NCBI GenBank assembly: GCA_051954935.1
Contig: JBQCHG010000082.1
Location: 16,409-80,408, forward strand
From: Rhodanobacteraceae bacterium
GTDB lineage: Bacteria > Pseudomonadota > Gammaproteobacteria > Xanthomonadales > Rhodanobacteraceae
Direction: 5' to 3'
Length of the DNA: 64,000 nt
The notes beneath the pieces were generated by a model. The model worked only from the letters and a program-made list of their open reading frames with translations. It was not told where the DNA came from and made no database searches. The translations under genes and the position numbers were made by a program. Positions 37,332-48,097 of this stretch are shown in pieces (within the stretch, counting starts at the first letter, position 1; every line of letters starts with the position of its first letter).

Positions 37332-38801
37332 ATGCAATTCCGGGTCTTGTCGCATGCAGGTTTGGAGATAGTCGGCGGCAGCAAGAGCCTCGTCTGTGAT
37401 CCGTGGCTGGTCGGCAGCGCCTATTGGCGCTCATGGTGGAATTATCCACCGGTCTCGTCCGAAGTCATCGGATCGCTCAAGCCGGATTTCATCTACCTGA
37501 CGCATATCCATTGGGACCATTTCCAGGGGGCATCCCTGCGCAAGTTCCCGGCCTCAACGAAGATATTGATCCCGAAGTCGCCGTGCCTGCGCATGCGCGA
37601 CGATCTGCATTACCTTGGATTTCACAATGTCCAGGAGCTGAAGCATGGCGAAACCGTCGAGCTCGAACCCGGCTTCACCTTGACGTGCTATCACTTCGGA
37701 ATATTTCTAGACAGCGCCATCGTCGTCGAGCACGCCGGAACCGTTTTGCTCAATGCCAACGACACCAAGGTCATGGGCCTGCCGTTGCAGCAAATCATCG
37801 GCAATCACCCCGCCATCGACTTCGTGCTCCGAAGCCACAGCTCTGCCAATTCCCGCGCGTGTTGGCACATCATCGATGACCCGAAGCAAACAGTTGACGA
37901 CCAGGCCGGCTACGCAAGGGACTTTGCGGCGTTCGCCCGCGCGGTCGGAGCGACTTATGCGATTCCGTTTGCCAGCAACCATTGCTATCTGCACAAGGAG
38001 ACATACCCGTTCAATTCCCTTGTAACGACCCCGAGCATGGTCCGGGACTTCTTCGAGCAGCACGACATACAGCGCCCGATCCTGAAAGTCATGCTGTCGG
38101 GCGATTCGTGGTCAAGCGAGGACGGGTTTCACATTGCGAGCAGTGAGTGGTTCGCTCGCCGCGACGAATTGCTGCAGGCATATCAGGCGGACAAATCGAA
38201 GACGCTGGATGCGTTTTACGCGATGGAGGCCAGGACGACTGTTTCGTCCGAAGAGGTCAAGGAATACTTCAATCGCCTGTTCAAGGCCGTGCCGTACTTG
38301 CTGAGGCGGTTGTTCAAGGACCGATCCGTCCTGTACGTCATCAACACGGCCACGACAAGACTGCTTTATGAAGTCGATTTTTCCAAGCGCATCGTTCGTG
38401 AGCGGCAATCTTTCGACGACCAGCGCGACCCGATGCAGATCCACCTGCCGGCTTTCATATTCAAGTGCTGCATGGAGCGCGATTTGTTTTCCCAAATGCC
38501 CATCAGCAAACGCCTGAAGTATCGCGTTACAGCCTCGAACAGGAAGTATATTGCGCGGTTGCAAATCCTGTTTGCCTTGTATGAGGCCAGGATGTTGCCG
38601 TTACGCAGCATGCTCAACAGGCGTTACCTCGAAGCGCTGTTCAGCCGCTGGAGGGAGTGGCTCCTCTATTTCCAGATCGTGTTCGGGCTCGCGACACGCA
38701 GCTTCAACATGCAGAATCTGCAGGAGCACATTCTCGATTCGAACCGCAGGAAGACCGAAAGCAGATCCTTCGCGACCGCCGCAGCCGTCCAGCGCGATTG
38801 A
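37332..38801 (+). CDS. MBL-fold metallo-hydrolase with uncharacterised ~240-aa C-terminal region
   Basis: Sequence FRVLSHAGLEIVGGSKSLVCDPWL...FIYLTHIHWDHFQG carries the HxHxDH motif. Downstream are ...VLLNANDT... and HSS. GGAG lies 9 nt upstream of ATG 37332, and the track lists a GTG at 37323. GC is markedly lower than in the flanks. Confidence 0.7.
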   Translation: MQFRVLSHAGLEIVGGSKSLVCDPWLVGSAYWRSWWNYPPVSSEVIGSLKPDFIYLTHIHWDHFQGASLRKFPASTKILIPKSPCLRMRDDLHYLGFHNVQELKHGETVELEPGFTLTCYHFGIFLDSAIVVEHAGTVLLNANDTKVMGLPLQQIIGNHPAIDFVLRSHSSANSRACWHIIDDPKQTVDDQAGYARDFAAFARAVGATYAIPFASNHCYLHKETYPFNSLVTTPSMVRDFFEQHDIQRPILKVMLSGDSWSSEDGFHIASSEWFARRDELLQAYQADKSKTLDAFYAMEARTTVSSEEVKEYFNRLFKAVPYLLRRLFKDRSVLYVINTATTRLLYEVDFSKRIVRERQSFDDQRDPMQIHLPAFIFKCCMERDLFSQMPISKRLKYRVTASNRKYIARLQILFALYEARMLPLRSMLNRRYLEALFSRWREWLLYFQIVFGLATRSFNMQNLQEHILDSNRRKTESRSFATAAAVQRD

Positions 38802-38964
38802 CCGTTCGGATCATGCAAGCGTCAGTTGGCGGTATCGATCCGCGGGGCCGCCCGAGTCGGCAGGCAGGCGCAGGGACAGAGAAGCTCCGCGCCCGAAGAT
38901 CGGTCGCGCCACGTCATTGCAAGCAGGGGAGCGCAATCCCTGTTTGACGGGACATCGACGCCTG

Positions 38965-40356
<1,392 letters not shown>

Positions 40357-40557
40357 TATGGGGATGGAAGCGCAGCTATTCTACGCCGTTCATTTTCGCG
40401 ATCGTCCGTGATCGCTGCACGAAATTGCTTGACCGCAAGCTTTTGAGTCGCCGCATCATGGACACCAGAAGCGGCCATCCGTGGCCACACTCTGAAGAAC
40501 AGTACGCTCTTGAATTCTGTTCTTTACATATCCCCACCAGCTCCGGATTGCCCGCGT

Positions 40558-40785
40558 ATGTTGACCCTCTATCAGCGCGACGACTGCAAGCTGTGCGACG
40601 AGGCGATTGCGCTGCTCGCGGCCATGCGCGCGCCGGAATTCGCGAGCGTTTGGATAGACGACGATCCCGAACTGGAAATCCGCTACGGCGAGCGCGTGCC
40701 GGTGCTGCGGGACGAGGCCAGTGGGCGCGAGCTGGGGTGGCCGTTCGACGTCGAGGCGCTGCGCGCATTCCTCAATTCGATGTAG
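40558..40785 (+). CDS. Glutaredoxin-like small protein (DUF836-like)
   Basis: Sequence is MLTLYQRDDCKLCDEAIALL...YGERVPVL, with CxxC in a thioredoxin fold. Length is 75 aa. The stop TAG lies inside a GTAG REP. Confidence 0.7.
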   Translation: MLTLYQRDDCKLCDEAIALLAAMRAPEFASVWIDDDPELEIRYGERVPVLRDEASGRELGWPFDVEALRAFLNSM

Positions 40786-40879
40786 GAGCGCGCCTGCGCG
40801 CGACAGGTCGACTCTAATTTCCATGGAGCGCCGTGTCCGCTGCAAGAACCTCGTGGCCGCGCGCAGGTGCGCTCCTACA
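40781..40879. repeat. Inverted pair of GTAG-type REPs (TGTAGGAGCGCGCCTGCGCGCGACA ... GCCGCGCGCAGGTGCGCTCCTACA)
   Basis: Two near-identical 24-25 nt palindromic units in opposite orientation, separated by ~50 nt. They resemble the GTAG-ended REPs (SMAG) known from Stenotrophomonas. Confidence 0.8.
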
Positions 40880-41426
40880 TCGGACTCAACACAAGGTGTC
40901 CGTGCACCGTCACCTCATTGCCGATCATCGAGGTATCGGCCCAGTCGCCACTGCCTATGCCGAAGTCCAGGCGCTTGAGCGTGGTGCTCACGTCCAGCGT
41001 TGCGCCATTGGCCTGCGGCGCGAATTTCACGACCAGCGTGACCGGTTTGCTGGCGCCGCGCAGGCTCAGGACGCCGTCCGCAAGCATTCCCCCGTTCGCG
41101 CCCTTGCGAAAGCGCGCGGTGACGAAATGCGCGCGCGGGAACTGTGCGATGTCGAAGAATGCCTTGCCCGGCAATGCCTGGTCGCGTTCGGTGTTGGCGG
41201 TATCCACGCTGGCGATGTCCACCGTCACGTCGAACCTGGATTGCGCGAGGTCGGCCGGGTCGTAACTGATCTTCGCATCGAAACGCTTGAAGCGGCCTTC
41301 GAATTGTTCGCCCTGATAGGTGCCCGTGAAACCGAGGCTGCTGTGCGCGGCATCCACCCTCCACGCACGCGCGAAGGCCACCACCGGCAACGACATCAAA
41401 AGCGCGAGCACGAGCCCTGTCTTCAC
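40875..41426 (-). CDS. yceI: YceI family periplasmic protein
   Basis: The GTG start at 41426 overlaps the cytochrome b561 stop (GTGA). Signal is VKTGLVLALLMSLPVVAFA. Sequence WRVDAAHSSLGFTGTYQGEQFEGRFKRF is the YceI lipocalin-like signature. Confidence 0.85.
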   Translation of the reverse strand: MKTGLVLALLMSLPVVAFARAWRVDAAHSSLGFTGTYQGEQFEGRFKRFDAKISYDPADLAQSRFDVTVDIASVDTANTERDQALPGKAFFDIAQFPRAHFVTARFRKGANGGMLADGVLSLRGASKPVTLVVKFAPQANGATLDVSTTLKRLDFGIGSGDWADTSMIGNEVTVHGHLVLSPM

Positions 41427-42004
41427 GGCAGAACCCCCTGCCGCCGGAACAGGTTGCGCTTCCTGCGCGCGGGCAGCATGCGCAGGAGCACGTCGTCGCG
41501 CTGGCGAAAATGGTGCCGCAGCGCGGCGGCGACATGGACCACCACGAGCGCGACCAGAATCCAGAACAGCACCACATGCGCGCGCAGGGCGAACGCCTTC
41601 AGCACCGGATCGAGACCGCGCGTGAGGCTGGGGACGTGCACCAAACCGAACCATTCCAGCGGAGCATTCGCCGCCGAGTTGAACAGCCAGCCCGAGAACG
41701 GCACGGCCAAAATCAGCACGTAAAGGAGGAAATGCGACAGCCGCGCTGCGGCGCGCTGCCATGCCGGCATCCGCACTTCCCGGGGCGCGCGCTGGACGAG
41801 CCGCCACGCCAGGCGCAGCAACACCAGCGCCAGCACGGTCAGGCCGATGGACTTGTGCAATGCGAACACCTTCACCTTGGCCGGCGTCATGCCCAGCTCC
41901 ACCATGGTCAGCCCGATCGCGCCCTGCACCACGATCAGCGCGGCGATCAGCCAGTGGAACGCCTGCGCGACACTGCCCCAGCGCCTGTCAGTGTTGCGCA
42001 GCAT
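41423..42004 (-). CDS. Cytochrome b561 family protein
   Basis: Sequence contains RWGSVAQAFHWLIAALIV...FALHKSIGLTVL...HVV. It has four TM helices with conserved His ligands and lies between two yceI genes. Confidence 0.85.
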   Translation of the reverse strand: MLRNTDRRWGSVAQAFHWLIAALIVVQGAIGLTMVELGMTPAKVKVFALHKSIGLTVLALVLLRLAWRLVQRAPREVRMPAWQRAAARLSHFLLYVLILAVPFSGWLFNSAANAPLEWFGLVHVPSLTRGLDPVLKAFALRAHVVLFWILVALVVVHVAAALRHHFRQRDDVLLRMLPARRKRNLFRRQGVLP

Positions 42005-42632
42005 GGTTCGCGTCCTTTTGCGTCGCGGCTTCGTATTCCTTCCGCGCGTCCTGATCGAGGATCGCCTCGACTTCCAGCCGCACGTCCACCTGCGTGCCGA
42101 CCGCTTTCGGGAACGATGTCATGCCGAATTGAAGGCGATCCAACGTCGTCTGCGCGGAAAAACCGGCGAGTGTCTGGAACCCGGAAAAGATCGTCGCGCC
42201 GACGCGGTTCAGCGTGAACGGGATTTCGACTTCGCGCGTGGCGCCCCGCAGGGTGAGATTGCCGCGCAAGATGCCGTGTTGCGCATCGGTCTTCTCCACC
42301 GACGTGCTCTCGAAGTGCGCCAGCGGGTAATCCTTCGCATCGAGAAAGCGCTTGCCGGTGACGGCGCCGTTCCAGTCCTTGTCGCCGATATCGACGGATG
42401 TCGCGTCCACGTCCACGACGACCTTCGCCGTGCTCCAGTCATCCTCGTCGAAACCGATCCAGCCGGCCTTGATCCTCATCCGGCCGACCGGGTGCGAATA
42501 GCCATCGTGGTCCACGCTGAAAAGGACCTGCGTGTGCACCGGATCCATCCGGTAATACAGCATGCGCCCGGAAGCGGGCGCGGCGATCGCCAGCAACAGT
42601 GCGATGCATGCGAAGCGGGCGCGACCGGACAT
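41988..42632 (-). CDS. YceI family protein (second paralogue)
   Basis: Signal peptide, then YRMDPVHTQVLFSVDHDGYSHPVGRM...LTLRGATREV. Confidence 0.8.
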   Translation of the reverse strand: MSGRARFACIALLLAIAAPASGRMLYYRMDPVHTQVLFSVDHDGYSHPVGRMRIKAGWIGFDEDDWSTAKVVVDVDATSVDIGDKDWNGAVTGKRFLDAKDYPLAHFESTSVEKTDAQHGILRGNLTLRGATREVEIPFTLNRVGATIFSGFQTLAGFSAQTTLDRLQFGMTSFPKAVGTQVDVRLEVEAILDQDARKEYEAATQKDANHAAQH

Positions 42633-42742
42633 GGCAGCGATCCTGATGAACCGTGTCGATTGTGCCGCAGGCGCCCGCGCATGTGCGTGAACGGTTGCCG
42701 CAATGCGTTAGGATTGAATCTCCGTGGGACCGGGGAACCACG

Positions 42743-45700
42743 ATGACGCCAGCTCTGCTTCTGGCCGCCGCTCTCGCCGTTGCGCCTTTGCAACCGGCCG
42801 CAGCGCCGGTGCGTCTCGAACATGCACCCCCGCCACTGAATCCCAGCTTCCGCCATTACGGCATGCTGGATGGCCTGCCTTCGGACGCGGCCTACACGGT
42901 GGCGCAAGATCATTCCGGCTATGTCTGGATCGGCACGCGCGACGGACTGGCGCGTTTCGACGGCAAGGACTTTCTGACCTTCCGTCACGATGCCGGGGAT
43001 TCGTCATCACTTGCCGCCAATGACGTTTCCGCGGTGCTGGTGGACGCGCAGGGTCGCGTCTGGGCCGGCGGCGAAGGCAATGGCCTGAATCTCTATCGTC
43101 CCGAAACCGGCGGCTTCGCCCACTGGCGACACGACGCGAAAAATTCGCGCAGCCTCTCCGGGAACGACGTGATGGCCATCGCACAGGATTCGAGCGGCGC
43201 GATCTGGGTGGGCGCGTACGCCGGCGGCATCAATCGCCTGCTACCCGACGGGAAAGGTTTCAGCCACGTCCGTCACCGCAAGGACGATCCGGACAGTCTG
43301 CTTTCGGACAACGTCAGCGCACTCGCAGCCGGCCCGGACGACACGCTCTGGATCGGCACCGATGCTGGCCTGCAACGGCGTGACCGGTCGGGCCATCTCA
43401 CCCGCATCGCGCTGCCGGGCGCCACCGGAGCCGTCACGGTCTGGCAGTTGAACGTTCAAGGCAAGGGCGTGGACGCCGCCACGGATGCCGGTTTGATGCA
43501 TGTGGATGAAAACAATCATGCGCACCGGATCGATACGAATGCCGTCGTTTACGCAAGCCTGCGCGATGCGGCGGGCGACGTGTGGCTCGCTCACCCGAAC
43601 GGGATCGAGGTCGTCGGTGCAGACGGCAGCGTGCGCCATTACGGACCGCAGCCGGGCGTGGACGACAGCTTGCGCGGAGCGATGGCGCTGGGCTTTCTTT
43701 TGGACGCTGAGGGCGGCACCTGGATCGCGCTGCTCGACGGTGGGGTGGCCTATCTGCCGCCGCAATGGCGCGCATTCGACGCATGGCGACATGTGCCGGA
43801 TGATGCGGAAGGGCTCTCCGACGACCGCGTCCGCGCGCTGGCGATCGGGCACGACGGGGCGCTGTGGGTCGCCGGCCACGACGGCGCGCTGGACAGGCTG
43901 GATCCGCGCGACGGCAGCGTTCGCCATTTCGGGCAGGAAACCCGGCTGGGAAAATCCCTGCCCAACGCCATAGCCGAGGATGCACGCGGACGCATCTGGA
44001 TCGGATACCGCCATGGCCTGCGCGTGGATGATCATGGCCGCCTGCACGATGTGAAGGTGGTCGGCGCCAACGGGCATCGCGCCGTGTATGCCTTGCTTGT
44101 TGCACATGACGGCTCGGTCTACGCATCGATGCCGGACAACGGCGTCGTGCGGGTTGACGGCGGCACACTGGCTGCGACCCCGCTGCGCCCGCCGGCCCCC
44201 GGCAGCCCCGCAAGGCAGGTGCATCAACTGCGCGAAAGCGCGGACGGGTCGATCTGGAGCGCCAGTCTCGCCGGCCTGTCGCGACTGGCACCCGGCGGCG
44301 ACAGCTTTCATTTCGTTCCCGGCGTGGCGCGCGGCGTGGCGAACGCGTTCGCCTTCGCACCCGACGGCTCCCTGTGGGTCGCGCACAACGACAGTCTGCA
44401 GCATTACCGGCTGGCAGCCGGAGGTGCACGCCCGCTGGAAATCGTGGATGCCGCGCACGGCTGGCCGGCGGCCGCAGTGGGCGGCCTGGAAACCGACGCG
44501 GGCGGCCGCGTGTTCACCACCACCCTGCGCGGCCTGCTCGTTTACGCTCCGGACGCGCAACGGGTGCGCCTGTACGGCTTCGCCGACGGACTGGGCAATC
44601 CGGAGTTCACGCCTTACTCGCTGCTCTCCGCAAATGGCGTGTTGTACGCCGGCAGCCTAGGCGGCGTGATCGGGATCCGCACCGCCGAATTGCATGCCGA
44701 TCCGAAACCTCCCCGACTTGCGCCCACCGCATTGAGCGTGCGCCGCGGCGGGCGCATGTTGCGGCTGGATCCACGGCAACTGCCCGTATTGCACTGGAAC
44801 GACAGCGAGCTGACCGTCACCGCACACGCGCTGTCGTACATGGATCCGCAGCGCATCCATTACCGCTTCATGCTCGGCGGTTTCGATCCGGACTGGGTGG
44901 ATACCGGACCGCGCGACACACGCGAATTTTCGTCATTGCCCCCGGGCGAATACACGCTGCGGATCATGGCAGCCGATGGAAACGGACCGTGGAGTCCGGC
45001 GAGCCCGGCGATCGCGCTGCACATGCCCGCGCCGCCGTGGGACACGCCCTGGGCATGGGCTATCTATGCGCTACTCGCGCTGGCCGGCGTACTCGCATTC
45101 GTCCACGCGATGCGGCGGCGGCTCGAGCAGCGCCACCGCTTCGCGATGATCACTCAACGCCAGCAACTGGCCGAACAGGCGAATGCCGCCAAGACGGACT
45201 TCCTGGCCGGCATGGCGCACGAAATCCGCACGCCGATGACCGGCGTGCTGGGCATGGCCGAGCTCCTGTTGAACACACCGATGGACGAACGCCAGCGCGG
45301 CTATGCCGACGCGATCCGCCGCTCGGGCGCGCTGCTCATGCGCCAGCTCAACGACGCACTGGATCTTGCGCGCATCGAGGCCGGCAAGCTGGAGCTGAAC
45401 GTCGCGCCGTTCGATCCGGCCGCGCTGCTGCGCGAGATCGCATCCATCGAACAGGGCCTCGCAGCACAAAAAGGGCTGAGCCTGCAAATCGCGATCGCGG
45501 ATGGCGCGCCGCATGCGCTGCGCGGCGATGGGCTGCGCGTGCAGCAGGTGCTGTTGAACCTCGCGCACAACGCGCTGAAGTTCACGCGGCGGGGCGGCGT
45601 ACGCCTGAGCCTCGATCGCGAACCGGAAGGCGTTGTGTTCGCGGTGGCCGACAGCGGACCCGGCCTTTCGCCGCACGAATGCGAGCGCGTGTTCCGCCGC

Positions 45701-46276
45701 TTCGAACAGACCGAGTGCGGCCGCCGCGCCCACGGCAGCGGGCTGGGGCTCACCATCGCGCGCGAACTGGTCGCGCTGATGGGCGGGCGCATCGAGCTGC
45801 ATTCCGAAGTCGGCGTGGGCAGCACGTTTCGCGTGCACCTGCCGCTGGCGGAATGCGAACCGCCCATACCGCGGCAGGGTTCATCCACGACGATGGCAGG
45901 TGCCACCGATGCCAAGCGCGTGCTGCTGGTGGAGGACGACGACGTCGCCGCCGAAGTACTCGCGGGATTGCTGCAGGCGCAAGGCCATTCCGTCACGCGC
46001 GCGCCGCATGCGCTCGCCGCGTTGTCCGAAGTGGATGCCGCGAGCGCAAGTTTCGACATGATCCTGCTGGATCTGGATCTGCCCGGCATGGACGGCTGCA
46101 CACTCGCGACCATGCTGCGCGCCCGCGGACTCGACATGCCGATACTGGCCGCCACCGCGTCCAGCCGCGGCGATGAGGAACAGCGCATCCGCGCGGCCGG
46201 CATGGATGCGCTGCTGCGCAAACCGGTATTGCCGGAAGTATTGCGGGAAGCGATGGAGGCAACGCAGGCGAAATGA
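42743..46276 (+). CDS. Hybrid sensor histidine kinase/response regulator with periplasmic two-component-regulator propeller + Y_Y_Y sensor
   Basis: Signal is MTPALLLAAALAVAPL. Repeated GYVWIGTRDGLARFDG-type propeller blades are followed by a TM segment. The H-box is FLAGMAHEIRTPMTGVLG, with an HATPase region (GSGLGLTIAREL) and a receiver (VLLVEDDDV...LLDLDLPGMDG). Confidence 0.88.
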   Translation: MTPALLLAAALAVAPLQPAAAPVRLEHAPPPLNPSFRHYGMLDGLPSDAAYTVAQDHSGYVWIGTRDGLARFDGKDFLTFRHDAGDSSSLAANDVSAVLVDAQGRVWAGGEGNGLNLYRPETGGFAHWRHDAKNSRSLSGNDVMAIAQDSSGAIWVGAYAGGINRLLPDGKGFSHVRHRKDDPDSLLSDNVSALAAGPDDTLWIGTDAGLQRRDRSGHLTRIALPGATGAVTVWQLNVQGKGVDAATDAGLMHVDENNHAHRIDTNAVVYASLRDAAGDVWLAHPNGIEVVGADGSVRHYGPQPGVDDSLRGAMALGFLLDAEGGTWIALLDGGVAYLPPQWRAFDAWRHVPDDAEGLSDDRVRALAIGHDGALWVAGHDGALDRLDPRDGSVRHFGQETRLGKSLPNAIAEDARGRIWIGYRHGLRVDDHGRLHDVKVVGANGHRAVYALLVAHDGSVYASMPDNGVVRVDGGTLAATPLRPPAPGSPARQVHQLRESADGSIWSASLAGLSRLAPGGDSFHFVPGVARGVANAFAFAPDGSLWVAHNDSLQHYRLAAGGARPLEIVDAAHGWPAAAVGGLETDAGGRVFTTTLRGLLVYAPDAQRVRLYGFADGLGNPEFTPYSLLSANGVLYAGSLGGVIGIRTAELHADPKPPRLAPTALSVRRGGRMLRLDPRQLPVLHWNDSELTVTAHALSYMDPQRIHYRFMLGGFDPDWVDTGPRDTREFSSLPPGEYTLRIMAADGNGPWSPASPAIALHMPAPPWDTPWAWAIYALLALAGVLAFVHAMRRRLEQRHRFAMITQRQQLAEQANAAKTDFLAGMAHEIRTPMTGVLGMAELLLNTPMDERQRGYADAIRRSGALLMRQLNDALDLARIEAGKLELNVAPFDPAALLREIASIEQGLAAQKGLSLQIAIADGAPHALRGDGLRVQQVLLNLAHNALKFTRRGGVRLSLDREPEGVVFAVADSGPGLSPHECERVFRRFEQTECGRRAHGSGLGLTIARELVALMGGRIELHSEVGVGSTFRVHLPLAECEPPIPRQGSSTTMAGATDAKRVLLVEDDDVAAEVLAGLLQAQGHSVTRAPHALAALSEVDAASASFDMILLDLDLPGMDGCTLATMLRARGLDMPILAATASSRGDEEQRIRAAGMDALLRKPVLPEVLREAMEATQAK

Positions 46277-46515
46277 TGTGGGTTTGGCTTCAACCCGCCG
46301 CGCCTCTGAAAAACCGTCACGGGCGAAGCTGCCATCCATGGCAGAAAGGCTCCGTGGTTGCGCGTCGCCGGAGCGCAGGTCGAAGTCTTTGCGCTTACGC
46401 GATGCCTTGAATGGCATCGCGTGCAAAGACTGAGGGTGAGGCAGGATGCCGATCGGAAGAGGTTCCAGGGATGGTTACTTGCCAAAAGCAGCACCGCCGG
46501 CGCGCGACGTATTGT

Positions 46516-46551
46516 TTTGAATCAGGCCGAGCGCAGCAGGTTATTCAGAGG
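46516..46551. repeat. Short form of the CTCTGAA repeat (reverse orientation)
   Basis: The minus strand reads CCTCTGAATAACCTGCTGCGCTCGGCCTGATTCAAA. It overlaps the last three codons and the stop of pepA. Confidence 0.7.
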
Positions 46552-48010
46552 CGCACTGGCTCATCAGCCATTGCGTGAGCAGCGGCACCGGGCGGCCGGT
46601 GGCATAGCCCTTGCGGCCTTCGTCCCACGCCGTGCCGGCGACGTCCAGGTGCGCCCACGGCGTGCCCTCGGTGAAGCGCGAGAGGAAGCACGCAGCGGTG
46701 ATCGCACCGGCGCTCTTGCCGCCAATATTGGCGATGTCCGCAAAGGCAGACTCCAGCTGGTTGCGGTAGTCGTCCCACAGCGGCAGGCGCCAGGCGCGAT
46801 CCAGCGTGGCATAGCCCGCATCGAGCAGTTCGTTGGCGAGCTTGTCGTCGGCACTGAACAGACCGGTCGCGTGCTTGCCCAGCGCTATCACGCAGGCGCC
46901 GGTAAGCGTGGCCGCGTCCACGATCGCCTGCGGTTCGAAGCGTTTGGTGTAGGCCAGCGCGTCGCACAGGATCAGGCGGCCTTCCGCGTCGGTATTGAGC
47001 ACTTCCACGGTGAGGCCGGACAAAGTGGTGAGCACGTCGCTCGGACGATAGCTGCCGCCGTCGGGCATGTTCTCCACCGCCGGAACCACGCAGACCAGAT
47101 TGATCGGCAGCTTCATCTCGACCGCGGCGAGGAACGCGCCGAGCACGCCGGCGGCGCCGCACATGTCGTATTTCATCTCCTCCATCGAACCGGTCGGCTT
47201 CAGGTTCATGCCGCCGGTGTCGAAGGTGACGCCCTTGCCGACCAGCGCGAAGGGTTTCGCATTCTTGGCGCCGCGATACTGCAGCACGATCAGCTTGGGC
47301 GGGTTGGCAGAACCCTGCGCGACGGCCAGCAGCGCGCCCATGCCGAGTTCGCGCATGCGATCGCGCTCCAGCACCTCCAGTGTGACCTCGGCATGCGCAT
47401 CGGCGATGCCCCGCGCGCGTTCCGCCAAGTACGCCGGCGTGCACAGGTTCGGCGGTAGGCAGCCGAGTTCGCGCGCGAATTCGACGCCCTTGGCGATCGC
47501 TCGCGCCTGTTCCAGCGTCTTCTCATCCGCCCCGGCCAGCTCGACGCGCTTCAACTGCGCGCGTTTGCCGTTCGGCTTGACGGTCGCGGTGTAGCGGAAA
47601 TTGGCGTGATCCAGCGCCAGCGCACAGGTGCGCACGCGCCATGCGGTGTCGTGCCCGCGCACTTCCAGTTCCGGCAGGAACACGGTTGCGCTTTCGACGG
47701 GAAGATTCTTCAGTGCCTTGCCGGCTTCGATGCACGCGCGCTGGAAGCCGAGCCCGTCGAAATCCGCTTTCGAGCCCAGGCCAACCAGCAGCACGCGCGC
47801 GGCGCCCACGCCGGATAGACCGTGCAGGACGAGCGTCGTACCGGCCTTGCAGCTCAGGTCGCCGGCGTCGTGAAGGCGCGTGAGCGCACCGCCGCTCGCC
47901 TGATCGATCGCCGCGGCCGCGCCCGTGAAGGACTGATCGAACGCGCCGACCACCACGCAGGGTGCATCGGTCTTGTCGGCGGCGGCCTGGCTGGAACTGA
48001 ACTCGAGCAT
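46541..48010 (-). CDS. pepA: Leucyl aminopeptidase (PepA, M17)
   Basis: Start at MLEFSSSQAA. The M17 signature is VGKGVTFDTGGMNLKP...NTDAEGRL. It is divergent from lptF-lptG, as in E. coli. Confidence 0.93.
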   Translation of the reverse strand: MLEFSSSQAAADKTDAPCVVVGAFDQSFTGAAAAIDQASGGALTRLHDAGDLSCKAGTTLVLHGLSGVGAARVLLVGLGSKADFDGLGFQRACIEAGKALKNLPVESATVFLPELEVRGHDTAWRVRTCALALDHANFRYTATVKPNGKRAQLKRVELAGADEKTLEQARAIAKGVEFARELGCLPPNLCTPAYLAERARGIADAHAEVTLEVLERDRMRELGMGALLAVAQGSANPPKLIVLQYRGAKNAKPFALVGKGVTFDTGGMNLKPTGSMEEMKYDMCGAAGVLGAFLAAVEMKLPINLVCVVPAVENMPDGGSYRPSDVLTTLSGLTVEVLNTDAEGRLILCDALAYTKRFEPQAIVDAATLTGACVIALGKHATGLFSADDKLANELLDAGYATLDRAWRLPLWDDYRNQLESAFADIANIGGKSAGAITAACFLSRFTEGTPWAHLDVAGTAWDEGRKGYATGRPVPLLTQWLMSQCASE

Positions 48011-48097
48011 GACAACATTTCCTTGAAAGGATACGAACGGGCCGGAGCCGCTAAACTGCCGCGTTTCCCCGATCCGCAAAGCGAATCAGTTTAACCG

